This document shows positions 16,526 through 25,545 of a stretch of 53,737 nucleotides of DNA, in pieces. The position numbers and the translations under genes were made by a program. A model generated the notes under the pieces. It did no database searches and was not told where the DNA came from. It was given only the letters and a program-made list of their open reading frames with translations. How positions within the stretch are numbered: the first letter of the stretch is position 1; each line of letters starts with the position of its first letter. This DNA is from Pseudomonadota bacterium (GTDB taxonomy: Bacteria > Pseudomonadota > Alphaproteobacteria > Rhizobiales > Segnochrobactraceae): NCBI GenBank assembly GCA_023442215.1, contig JAEZMP010000216.1, positions 1 through 53,737 on the forward strand, given 5' to 3'.

Positions 16526-17727
16526 GGGAAGACGACTCCGACCACATCGCCGGCGAGCTGACGAAGCGGATCGAGCAAATGCTCGACACCTATGCGCCCG
16601 GCTGGATCGAGCACCGCGGCAAGGCCTACCTGACGTCAAAGGGCCCGAAGAATCTGGGCAGCTTCCAGGTGAACCTCCAGGGCCAGCACCGGGGACAGTT
16701 CTACCGCTTCTCCCAGCAGATCGGCGGCGGCCCGGTGAAGCTGCTCGCCTACCTCCTGAACGGCACGGTGGGCGAGCCCGGCCGGGAGGACTTCCGCCGC
16801 GCCTTCGAGGAGGCGCGTGCCTTTCTCGGGATCCGGGGGCAGGTGGACCACGAGGCCGCCGCCCGCGCGCGCCGGGAGAGCGAGGAGCGTCGGGCGGCTG
16901 CAGTGCGCAAGGAAGAACAGCGCCGCGCCCGCCGCGCCGACACCGCCGGGGAGATTTGGGGCGAGTGCGTGCCGATCGCCGGCACTCTGGCGGAGCGCTA
17001 CCTGCACGGCCGCGGCATCCCCACGCCGCCCATGGGCTGGCCGGATGTGCTCGGCTTCCATGCGGGCCTCGAGTACGAGCTCGAAGCGGAGTGGCAGGAC
17101 GGTCGCAAGGTGCGCGATGGCCGCGTGTTCCCTTGCCTCGTCGCCCGGGTGCAGGACATGGCCGGCGACACCATCGCGGTGTGGCGCATCTTCCTGAACC
17201 CCGAGACCGCCGGGAAGGCGCCGGTCAAGAGCCCGAAGGTGGGCTTCGGCCCGGCCCGCGGCGGTGCGGTGCGCATTGGGGGGCTCGCCGAGATGATCGG
17301 GGGCGGGGAGGGGCTAGAGACCGCCTTGGCCGCCTGGAGCCTTGAGAGCTATCGGCACCCCGTCTGGGCGATGCTCTCAACCTCCGGGATGATGACCTTC
17401 GAGCCGCCGATTGAGGTGCAGCGCCTGCGGCTTTATCCCGACGGTGACCTGCCGCGTCGGCTGGATGACGGCTCCATAGGTACGGCGCCTGGAATTGCGG
17501 CGGCGTGGAAGCTGCGGGATCGGCTCGCGCCGGCCGGCATCCCGACGGTGATCAACCAGCCGCCGTTCAACAGCGACTTCCTGGACGTGTGGAACGCGGT
17601 GCGGGGGGAGCGTGAACCTCGTGCTGTCCCTTTTCCCTGGAATTGGCCTCCTCGACATGGCTTTCGAGGAGGCCGGCTTCTGCGTCGTCCGTGGACCCGA
17701 TCTGCTGTGGGGAGGCGATATCCATAG
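16522..17727 (+). CDS. Toprim-type primase
   Basis: AERYLHGRGI, GEGLETALA, YPDGD, DFLD. Confidence 0.85.
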   Translation: MREDDSDHIAGELTKRIEQMLDTYAPGWIEHRGKAYLTSKGPKNLGSFQVNLQGQHRGQFYRFSQQIGGGPVKLLAYLLNGTVGEPGREDFRRAFEEARAFLGIRGQVDHEAAARARRESEERRAAAVRKEEQRRARRADTAGEIWGECVPIAGTLAERYLHGRGIPTPPMGWPDVLGFHAGLEYELEAEWQDGRKVRDGRVFPCLVARVQDMAGDTIAVWRIFLNPETAGKAPVKSPKVGFGPARGGAVRIGGLAEMIGGGEGLETALAAWSLESYRHPVWAMLSTSGMMTFEPPIEVQRLRLYPDGDLPRRLDDGSIGTAPGIAAAWKLRDRLAPAGIPTVINQPPFNSDFLDVWNAVRGEREPRAVPFPWNWPPRHGFRGGRLLRRPWTRSAVGRRYP

Positions 17728-18370
17728 CTTCCATCCGCCCGCCGGGTCCTTCGCAGGCGTGATTGGCGGGCCGCCCTGTCAAGCGTTCTCCCGCCTGCGG
17801 CACATCGTGGAGGCCAACGGCTATCAGACAGCGCCAAACCTCATCCCGGAATATGAGCGAGTGGTCGCTGAAGCTCTGCCGACGTGGTTCCTAATGGAGA
17901 ACGTCCCCGAGGCACCGGAGCCAGGGGTGGACGGCTATAGCGTGACATCCACCATGTTGCGGGATGTGTGGGTGGGCGGCGTGACGGACCGGCTGCGACG
18001 TTTTTCCTTCGGGACCCGGAGCAATCGGCCATTGCGCCTGGACGTGGAGACGCTCGCTCTGCACTCCCCCGACCCGGAGCACTCGGCCCTCGCGTCTGGA
18101 GGTGGCCGCCCCGTTCCTGTTGCTGTGGGAGGCAGCGGCAAGCGGAAGATCAGCGCGAAATCGGCACTGAAGAACTATGGCTATAAGACCACCGGCGCAT
18201 TTGTGAACCACTGCCGACTGCAAGGACTGCCCGAGGGTTTCGACCTGCCGCCTTTCACCACAGCGGCGAAGGTAAAAGCCGTGGGAAATGGTGTTCCGCT
18301 AGCAATGGGACGTGCGGTCGCAAAGGCAGTCGTGTCGGCTCTCACAAGCCGAGCGGAGGCCGCGGAGTGA
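17612..18370 (+). CDS. DNA cytosine-5 methyltransferase
   Basis: LFPGIG, GGPPCQ, MENV, RLRR, RLQG, GNGV; GTG start. Confidence 0.9.
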   Translation: MNLVLSLFPGIGLLDMAFEEAGFCVVRGPDLLWGGDIHSFHPPAGSFAGVIGGPPCQAFSRLRHIVEANGYQTAPNLIPEYERVVAEALPTWFLMENVPEAPEPGVDGYSVTSTMLRDVWVGGVTDRLRRFSFGTRSNRPLRLDVETLALHSPDPEHSALASGGGRPVPVAVGGSGKRKISAKSALKNYGYKTTGAFVNHCRLQGLPEGFDLPPFTTAAKVKAVGNGVPLAMGRAVAKAVVSALTSRAEAAE

Positions 18371-19284
18371 CCGACCTCGTCCTCACCTCACCCAAGGCTC
18401 CGGGTCGGCCTCGTGTTCGGCGTGGCGGCTGGTCATGGGGGCCGGTCGAAAGCGCCAAGCTGCGTGTGCTCTCGCTCGGCGCCGGCATCCAGTCCACCAC
18501 CATCCTGCTCATGGTCGCGCACGGCGTGCTTCCGTCCCCGGACCTCGTGATCTTCGCAGACACGGGAGCTGAGCCGCCGGCGGTCTATGAGCACCTGCGC
18601 TGGCTTTCCTCACCGCAGGTGCAGCAGCTTCCCATCGTAACCGTGACGGCTGGGGACATTCTGCATGATCTGCGGGAGCAGATTTCCGGAACGCGGGTTG
18701 CCCACGGCGGACGAGCTCCATCGGCACCATTCTTTGCCAAGGGTAGGGACGGGGCAGCCGCTCCGATCAGGCGCCAATGCACCGGCAGCTACAAGATCGA
18801 GCCCATAAACGCGGAGGTGCGTCGCCGACTCGGGTTCAAGCCGCGCCAGCGCATCCCGGCGGGCTCGGCCGAGATGTGGATCGGTATCAGCACCGATGAG
18901 GTGGTGCGTGCCGGTGCGGCGCATGAAAGCTGGATCGTCAACCGATATCCGCTCCTTGAAATGCGCATGTCCCGTGGGGATTGTGAGGAGTGGCTGCGGC
19001 GGCACGACTATCCGGTTCCGCCCAAGAGCGCATGCGTCTTCTGCCCTTATCGCACCAATGGCGAATGGCGTCGGCTGCGCGAGCGTGACCCGACGGCTTG
19101 GGCGGTCGCGGTCGAAATTGACGCGCTGATCCGTGGTGGCTTCGTCCGAAACGAGCGGGGCACTTCGACGGGATCGCTATTCGTCCACCGCTCCATGATG
19201 CCTCTCGATCAGGTCGACCTCCGCACGGACGAAGAGGTCGGCCAAGGCATGCTCATGGTCTGCGAAGCGGGGTGCGGGCTGTGA
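18367..19284 (+). CDS. PAPS-reductase-like (PP-loop) phage protein
   Basis: SLGAGIQST, FADTGAE, RRQCT, SACVFCPY, C-terminal CEAGC. Confidence 0.75.
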   Translation: MTDLVLTSPKAPGRPRVRRGGWSWGPVESAKLRVLSLGAGIQSTTILLMVAHGVLPSPDLVIFADTGAEPPAVYEHLRWLSSPQVQQLPIVTVTAGDILHDLREQISGTRVAHGGRAPSAPFFAKGRDGAAAPIRRQCTGSYKIEPINAEVRRRLGFKPRQRIPAGSAEMWIGISTDEVVRAGAAHESWIVNRYPLLEMRMSRGDCEEWLRRHDYPVPPKSACVFCPYRTNGEWRRLRERDPTAWAVAVEIDALIRGGFVRNERGTSTGSLFVHRSMMPLDQVDLRTDEEVGQGMLMVCEAGCGL

Positions 19285-19289
19285 GCAAA

Positions 19290-19544
19290 CTATGTCCTAT
19301 CTCTCGCGCGAATGGGCTCGCGCGTGACGCTTTCGAACATCTCGAATCCCCAATGCCGGTTGTCTCTTACGATGTAGTGGATATTCTGTTTTTCGTCGAA
19401 GAGCCATCCACTCGGCGGCCCATACTGTGCTTCAACTATATCGAGCAACTCTTCTTTTGTATCAAATACCCTCTGAACTCCGTTTTTCACCCATTCCTTA
19501 TCGCCCGCGATGCGCTCGTAGATCATGAAGCAATAGAGCGGCAT
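19290..19544 (-). CDS. Small antisense-oriented, lower-GC hypothetical gene
   Basis: 84-aa ORF filling the gap between two + strand genes. Confidence 0.55.
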   Translation of the reverse strand: MPLYCFMIYERIAGDKEWVKNGVQRVFDTKEELLDIVEAQYGPPSGWLFDEKQNIHYIVRDNRHWGFEMFESVTREPIRARDRT

Positions 19545-19582
19545 TGGTCCCGGCCCTTCCCTACCCTTGAAGGGGAGCGATA

Positions 19583-20938
19583 ATGTCCCGCCGTGAGCTC
19601 CCCCACAACCTTGCCGCCGAACGCGCGGTCCTGGGCGCTTGCCTGAAGAGCGACACCGCCTTTTGGGGCGTGGCCGACCGGCTGCGCGCGGACCAGTTCT
19701 TCCACCCGCTCCACCAGCAGGTGTTCTCGGTCATCCGGGACATCTGCACCGAGGGCCGGCTGTCCCTGTCTCTCGTCGCCTCACGCCTGCCTGCGGAAGA
19801 CGAAGAGGGCCGGTCGATGATGAGCTACCTCGCGGTGCTCCTGAAGGACGCGGAGGACGTGGGCTCGGTCGAGGACTTCGTGCCTGACATCGCCGAGGCG
19901 GCGGCGCGCCGGCAGCTCATCCACCTCGCCGAGAGCGTGCTGAAGGGGGTGAAGGCCGGCGAGAAGGGCGCGATGGACATCGCCGCCGATGCGAGCGCGG
20001 CCATCCTCGACGTGATGCAGGTGGCGAGCCCCAAGCGGCCCCAGCGGATCGGCGACCTCGCCCGGAGCGTCGCCGGCGCCTCCCGGATGGCCAACGAGCG
20101 GGATGTGATGCCCGGCTTCGGCACGGGCATTCCCAGCCTGGACGAAATCGTCGGCCGCATGGGGGCCGGCGACCTGATCTTCCTCGTCGGCTCGCAGGGC
20201 GACGGCAAGTCGGCCCTCGCCATGCAGGTGGGGATGCACGTCGCCATGTCCCGCCCGGTCCTGCTCTGCCAGATGGAGATGACCGCGGAGCAGGTGGCTG
20301 CGCGCGAGCTTGCCGCTGCCTCAGGCATCACGGTGGGCGAGATTCAGGAGGGGGCGTTCGATTTCGCCCAGCGGGACGCCATGCTCCAGGCACAGCAATG
20401 GCTCGCCGGTCCGGACATGATGGTGCTGGACGATTCCCGCATGACCATCCGCCGGATCAGGGCCCACTGCATCGCGCTGAAGCGCACCCGCGGGCTGGGC
20501 ATGCTCATCATTGACCAGCTCGACAAGATCAAGTCGGAGGCCCGGCACAAAGACCGCTTCGAGCGCCTGGCGGAGATCACCGGCGACCTGAAGGTGCTGG
20601 CGAAGGATCTCATGGTGCCGGTCCTGGTGCTCGCCCAGCGCACCCGGGGCGCCCAGCGGCGGGACGATCCCACGCCCCAGATCAACGATGCCGACGCGCC
20701 GTCCATCGAGCGGGACGGGGACATCGTGCTCGCCGTGTGGCGCAAGGAAAGCTGGCTGCGCCAGAACCGGCCGCACAAGGACGCCGGTGCTGAGAAGCAC
20801 GGCAACTGGGAAACCCAGCTCGCCCTCTGCGCCGGCAAGGCCCAGGTGATCTCGCTCAAGCACAGACGCCGGAAGCCATTTGAGGAGCGGACGCTGGAGT
20901 GGATCGGCAAGCTCACCCGCTTCAAGGAGCTGACATGA
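19583..20938 (+). CDS. dnaB: DnaB-like replicative helicase
   Basis: PHNLAAERAVLG, GSQGDGKS Walker A, EM, IIDQL, LAQ, IERDGD. Confidence 0.92.
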   Translation: MSRRELPHNLAAERAVLGACLKSDTAFWGVADRLRADQFFHPLHQQVFSVIRDICTEGRLSLSLVASRLPAEDEEGRSMMSYLAVLLKDAEDVGSVEDFVPDIAEAAARRQLIHLAESVLKGVKAGEKGAMDIAADASAAILDVMQVASPKRPQRIGDLARSVAGASRMANERDVMPGFGTGIPSLDEIVGRMGAGDLIFLVGSQGDGKSALAMQVGMHVAMSRPVLLCQMEMTAEQVAARELAAASGITVGEIQEGAFDFAQRDAMLQAQQWLAGPDMMVLDDSRMTIRRIRAHCIALKRTRGLGMLIIDQLDKIKSEARHKDRFERLAEITGDLKVLAKDLMVPVLVLAQRTRGAQRRDDPTPQINDADAPSIERDGDIVLAVWRKESWLRQNRPHKDAGAEKHGNWETQLALCAGKAQVISLKHRRRKPFEERTLEWIGKLTRFKELT

Positions 20939-21717
20939 CCCGCGCAGAGAAGCTCATCGCCGCCGCCCGCCTCGCCCGCGCTCGGAAGGGCTACGAGCGC
21001 TCGCTCGCCCATGACCTGGAGCGGGAGCATGCCCGCGCCATGATGTACGGCGCGCAGGACTGGGACGCCGGCCGGGACACCGAATGGGCGCGGGCCTTCC
21101 TCGCGCTGCGCACCAAGGTGGAGGGGGCGGAGACCGCCAAGCGGAAGGCCGCTGATCCGCTCAACCTCACCGGCCACACCAAGCCCACCAAGCCGGGCAA
21201 GGTGGAGCGGAGGGCGCGCGCGAAGGCTCGGCCGAAGCAGGAGATGGTGGTGGACCCGGACGGCATCTTCCGGAAGGTGGAGGTAAAGGGCGTCTCCCTG
21301 CGCGGCCTGGAGCGACACCAGATGCGGGCCGCAGCCGATTTCGAGCGGGACTGGAACATGGCCTTCCGCTCCCTGCGCTCCCGGGGCTTCGAGCCTGCGG
21401 TGGACGGAGGAGGGCACGGAAGCCGCGAACATCTTGCCCGCGTCGAAGCGCAACGGCGGCTCCGCGCGCTCGAGGAGCGGCTGGGCGAGCGCGACTGGAT
21501 CATCCTGAAGGCGGTGGTGCTCTACGGCGCCGGGCCGGCCGAGGCGCACCGTCGAGGCGCCCCGCAGCACGTGGTGGTGAGCCACGGGATTAAGCGGGTT
21601 CTGAACCGGGTGGCGGGGTTCTACAGGCCCGGAGCATGCCATCGCGATGCCTTGCTCGAAGCGTGCGCGAGTCTCGTCAACGAGATGGAAAAGGCTCTCG
21701 AACGAACAGAGGCGTAG
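20935..21717 (+). CDS. Putative late regulator / antiterminator-like protein
   Basis: Last early gene; Q.RAA..F, PAVDGG, C-terminal HTH-like segment. Confidence 0.6.
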   Translation: MTRAEKLIAAARLARARKGYERSLAHDLEREHARAMMYGAQDWDAGRDTEWARAFLALRTKVEGAETAKRKAADPLNLTGHTKPTKPGKVERRARAKARPKQEMVVDPDGIFRKVEVKGVSLRGLERHQMRAAADFERDWNMAFRSLRSRGFEPAVDGGGHGSREHLARVEAQRRLRALEERLGERDWIILKAVVLYGAGPAEAHRRGAPQHVVVSHGIKRVLNRVAGFYRPGACHRDALLEACASLVNEMEKALERTEA

Positions 21718-21760
21718 ACGCTATGGCGTCTGAAATTCGTTGATTGATTTTTTCGGGTGT

Positions 21761-22126
21761 GCCTAAGTTGCGCGAAGGGCGCCGGCTTTCGCCGACGCCC
21801 CCAAGCGCGCACCAGGTCCGACCGGGAAGTTGAACCCTGGTACGTCACTCGCGACGCGGGCTGTCCTACCTCGTAGGCAGTCCGCGGCAGTGAGAGCAAA
21901 CATGCTCCCATTTTCCATAACGGAACCGCCGGTAGGCGATTACACGCACGGGCATGTGGATCGGGCAAGAGCGCATCTGCGCCTCCATGCTCGGCCCCGG
22001 GGGAATCCCGGTCTCCTCCAGCGATTTCCGCCGAAGCGGATTTCAGGGAGGCGGCATCGCAGGGGAGAAGGCCCCGACTCACATTCAGGAAAATAGCACG
22101 CAATTTTGGGCCGGGGGAACTCGTGC
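21761..22126 (+). ncRNA. Second candidate structured non-coding RNA
   Basis: About nine back-to-back hairpins, mostly + strand G-U pairs, no credible ORF, TTGATT..TAAGTT promoter-like sequence at 21740-21769. Confidence 0.45.
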
Positions 22127-22182
22127 CGAGAAAAACTACTTTTGCGGCAGACCTTTACCCGCTATCCCCACCATCCTCTCTG

Positions 22183-22842
22183 TTATCCACACCTCCCTGT
22201 TCCCGTGCTTCGCTGGTCGTTCGCAAAGGAAGTTTTTGAGCAGGTGGGAGTTCGGCGGGATGACTGGCAACGCTTCTTCTTTCGGCAAGACTTATCCTGC
22301 TGATCCAGAGGAGCGCCAATCACCCCTGGTTGGAATTGGGTGGCCCACTTTTCAAGTTCATTTATGATTGAAATATCGGAAATATTCTTGTGCCCTTGAT
22401 TGCTTTTAACGACCGAAGGTACGATGTGTGGGGGCAATTCTTGAATATTATCTCCGAAATACCAAAATTTGTTCATAACTAGCATTCTGTCTACGGAAGT
22501 GTCGTCCGCAAAATGCTCCGGTCCGTGCCGGCGGTTTCGCAATTGAACGAGGTGTCCGCCTGCATTGCGAACATAGATGCGATCTCCCGCTCCATGGGGC
22601 GAGGAGTCTTTTTCTTTAAACCTCGGATCCCGAGCATAGGCGTCCAAGTCCAGAGCTTCGCTTACTTGGCCCAGAAAACAGACGGCTTTCGAGTTGACGC
22701 CGGTCCGGTGGGTGCCCAGCACCCAGCTCCCAACTTGCGCGACCTTTCGAATTCGCGGCTTGCAGCAGGTGAGCGTCAGAATGCCGCCATAGGGGTTGGG
22801 GGCAAACCCGTGGTCTACTCTAACAACATAGCTTCGCAGCAT
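22183..22842 (-). CDS. Nucleotide-modification-associated domain 2 (Nmad2)-like protein
   Basis: SYVVRVDHGFAPNPYGG.LTL.CCKP.IRK.A.VG.WV.G, GD.IY, FWYFG; lower GC. Confidence 0.8.
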   Translation of the reverse strand: MLRSYVVRVDHGFAPNPYGGILTLTCCKPRIRKVAQVGSWVLGTHRTGVNSKAVCFLGQVSEALDLDAYARDPRFKEKDSSPHGAGDRIYVRNAGGHLVQLRNRRHGPEHFADDTSVDRMLVMNKFWYFGDNIQELPPHIVPSVVKSNQGHKNISDISIINELEKWATQFQPGVIGAPLDQQDKSCRKKKRCQSSRRTPTCSKTSFANDQRSTGTGRCG

Positions 22843-22922
22843 GGTGCACCCCGACATTGTCGCCAGCCCGGTTTGAGCTTCGGTGTCCTTTAGAAAAAAT
22901 CAACTCCGGATGGATGCATGAA

Positions 22923-22952
22923 TTGACCTCGGACTCGGTTCGTGATTCGTTC
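22923..22952 (+). promoter_or_regulatory. Putative late promoter overlapped by a LexA box
   Basis: TTGACC at 22923-22928; GTTC-GTGATTC-GTTC at 22938-22952. Confidence 0.7.
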
Positions 22953-23008
22953 TAGGCATCCTCCATGAATCGGTCTTGCGTCGACCTCCGGGGACGGACC
23001 AGACGCAT

Positions 23009-23052
23009 AGCCCCGCCGCCGCGTTTGCTCCCTCTTTCGCGGCGGCGGGGTT
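23009..23052. other. Strong 15-bp inverted repeat
   Basis: AGCCCCGCCGCCGCG / CGCGGCGGCGGGGTT; no long U-tract. Confidence 0.7.
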
Positions 23053-23057
23053 CGCGG

Positions 23058-23330
23058 CTACGACTCCATACGCTCGCCGGTGGTCGTTTCGCCCACACGC
23101 TTAAGATGAAAACCGGGGTCGAACGCGGGGGTTCGCCCATGGGGACCTTTGCCGGCCGGTCCGATCCGAGATCGAACCCATTTGTCAGCCTGACCCTTGG
23201 CGGCAACGAACGCAGACACGGGAATGGCCAGCGTCGAAACGATGGCTTCCAACGCCGCGATCTGAGCTGCCTGTTGGTCGACGCGGTCAACAAGCAGTTT
23301 GATGTATTGCTCGGTTTCCTGTGGGGTCAT
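23058..23330 (-). CDS. Hypothetical protein
   Basis: 90-aa ORF with amphipathic N-terminus, ends beside the hairpin. Confidence 0.5.
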   Translation of the reverse strand: MTPQETEQYIKLLVDRVDQQAAQIAALEAIVSTLAIPVSAFVAAKGQADKWVRSRIGPAGKGPHGRTPAFDPGFHLKRVGETTTGERMES

Positions 23331-23458
23331 TTGATCGGCTCGTTGGTCTGATTGCATTATGCAACTCAGCCGCGACCTTAGGCCCTGAGACTTGATGGCG
23401 ATCCACAGGTTTGCCATGCCTCCGTCCGGCGAAATCAAACGGAATTCAAACAATCAAA

Positions 23459-23785
23459 ATGGCTGCCCCCCGCGGAGGTAAACGCCCCGGCGCTGGTCGG
23501 CCGAAAGGCTGTAAGACCAAGCGCCGGCAGGAAGTCGCGCAGCGCGCGGTTGCCGAGGGCATTACGCCGATTGAGGTGATGCTCCTGGCAATGCGCGAGG
23601 CGGTGGGGCGCAACGAAATGGCCGAAGCCGCGAAGTTCGCGCAGATGGCCGCGCCCTATATCCATCCTCGGCTCCAGGCGATACAGCACACCGGCCGGGA
23701 AGGCGGCCCCATCGAGGTGGCGGACATGAGCCGCAACGACCTCGCCCGGCGCATCCTGCACATGCTGAGGCCGGACAAGCCCTGA
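23459..23785 (+). CDS. terS: Terminase small subunit
   Basis: RGGKRPGAGRPKG, AAPYIHPRL, HTG..GGPI. Confidence 0.82.
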   Translation: MAAPRGGKRPGAGRPKGCKTKRRQEVAQRAVAEGITPIEVMLLAMREAVGRNEMAEAAKFAQMAAPYIHPRLQAIQHTGREGGPIEVADMSRNDLARRILHMLRPDKP

Positions 23786-23810
23786 GCTTTCGAGCACCTG
23801 ACGCGTTCCC

Positions 23811-23833
23811 GCCCGCCCTGCGCGGGCTTTTTT
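23811..23833 (+). terminator. Intrinsic terminator after terS
   Basis: GCCCGC-CCTGC-GCGGGC-TTTTTT. Confidence 0.75.
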
Positions 23834-23867
23834 GTGCCCACAGCAACCAGCAACAAGCGAGGGTCTA

Positions 23868-24149
23868 ATGGCCTACGACGATTATCTCTCGATCCACGGG
23901 CGCAAGCTCGGTGTCACCCGCTCCCAGCCCACGCGCCTGGTCCTCGATGGCGTGCCGCAGCCGCTGGCCTATAACGACTCGCCGGTGCTGCCGTCCTATG
24001 ACGTGGCCGGAGCGCCCTCGGCGGCCGCCTCCGGCGCCGGCACCATGATCTATGTCACCAACGGCGCCGCCGGCGCGCCCATCGTCGCCTATTCGGACGG
24101 GGCGAACTGGAAGCGTGTCGATACCGGCGCCACCATCGCTGCGGCCTGA
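23868..24149 (+). CDS. Small virion (decoration/fibre-like) protein
   Basis: GTMIYVTN..AYSDGANWKR pattern. Confidence 0.65.
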   Translation: MAYDDYLSIHGRKLGVTRSQPTRLVLDGVPQPLAYNDSPVLPSYDVAGAPSAAASGAGTMIYVTNGAAGAPIVAYSDGANWKRVDTGATIAAA

Positions 24150-24151
24150 CC

Positions 24152-24601
24152 ATGACCGTCATCGCCTACCGAAATGGGGTGATGGCGGCCGACCGCGCCG
24201 TCACCTCGAACAATGGCATGCTGGCTGGCGGGGTCGCCAAGATCACGCGCACCTCCGCCGGCTGGCTGGTCGGGGCCTGCGGGCACCTGTCGGCGATGGC
24301 GGGTGTCCGCGAATGGGCCGAGGCTCTGCTGCACATGGGCGACGAGTTCGTGCCGCCGCGAGGCAACCTCGCCGACATGGATGCGATCTTCGTCTCGCCG
24401 ACGGGGCGGGTGCACTATTTCGACGGCCATGGCTTCCCGGTCGAAGTGACCGGAGAGTATTTCGCCGTCGGCGGGGGCGAGTCCTACGCCATGGGCGCCA
24501 TGGCCGTGGGCGCGGACGCCATCCAGGCGGTGCAGGCGGCGTGCATGCTCGGCGCGGGGCTCGGCGGCGGCATCGACGTGGTGAGGCTCACGGGTGCCTG
24601 A
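24152..24601 (+). CDS. Ntn-hydrolase (HslV/proteasome-beta-like) protein
   Basis: MT-VIAY..MAAD..K..G and FAVGGG..AMGAM. Confidence 0.75.
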   Translation: MTVIAYRNGVMAADRAVTSNNGMLAGGVAKITRTSAGWLVGACGHLSAMAGVREWAEALLHMGDEFVPPRGNLADMDAIFVSPTGRVHYFDGHGFPVEVTGEYFAVGGGESYAMGAMAVGADAIQAVQAACMLGAGLGGGIDVVRLTGA

Positions 24602-25545
24602 CCTCGCCGACGTGCGGCAGATGCTCGATGGGCTCCCGCCCGAAGAGCTCGCCCGCCTTAAGGCGCAGGTGCGCGCCGCGGTGCCGGACCTGTGGGTGCC
24701 GAACTTCGGGCCCCAGCTGGCTGCCCAGAACAGCCCTGCAGACGAACTGTTCTATGGCGGTGCCGCCGGCGGCGGAAAGAGCGACCTCCTGCTGGGCCTC
24801 GCGCTGACGCAGCACGAGCGGTCCATCATCTACCGCCGCCAGTACACGGACCTGGGCGCCCTCGTGGACCGCTCCGGCCAGATCGTCGGCCACACCGACG
24901 GGCTCAACCGCTCGCCGCCGCCCATCTTCCGCCTGCCCGAGCGCATCGTGCAGTTCGCGGCCATGGCGCGCGAGGAGGACAAGCAGGCGTTTAAGGGCCG
25001 GCCCTTCGACCTGATCGGCTTCGACGAGCTGCCCGACTTCACGGAGAGCCAGTACACCTTCGTGACCGGCTGGAACCGCACCTCCAAGGTGGGCCAGCGC
25101 TGCCGCGTCGTCTCCGCTGGCAACCCGCCCACCACCGTGGAGGGGTACTGGATCATCCGCCGGTGGGGGCCGTGGCTCGATCCGCGCCACCCGCGGCCCG
25201 CCAAGCCCGGCGAGCTGCGCTGGTATGCCATCATCGACGGCGAGGATACGGAGCTGTGGGGGCCAGGCCCGGTCTACCACCCGAAGACGGGACAGCCGGT
25301 CATCAACCCCGCGACGGGCGAGCCGGTGCTGGCGCGCTCGCGCACCTTCATCCGCTCCGGGGTGGCCGACAACCCGGACATGATCGACGCGGGCTATCAG
25401 AACACGCTCGCAGCCATGCCGGAGCCCTACCGCTCCGCCTATCTCGAAGGCCGGTTCGACGTCTCCCTGAAGGACGACGAGAACCAGGTGATCCCCACGC
25501 GCTGGGTCATGGAAGCGCAGCAGCGGTGGACGGCGGACTCTCCGT
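24594..25545 (+). pseudogene. terL: Terminase large subunit, ATPase half only
   Basis: GGAAGGGKS, IGFDE, AGNPP; terminase-like sequence stops after VIPTRWVMEAQQRW, no nuclease domain. Confidence 0.85.

Noticed and set aside
17612..17727. Primase/MTase 116-nt overlap as a special feature
   Set aside because: Primase motifs end before the overlap; the tail is probably run-on after gene insertion
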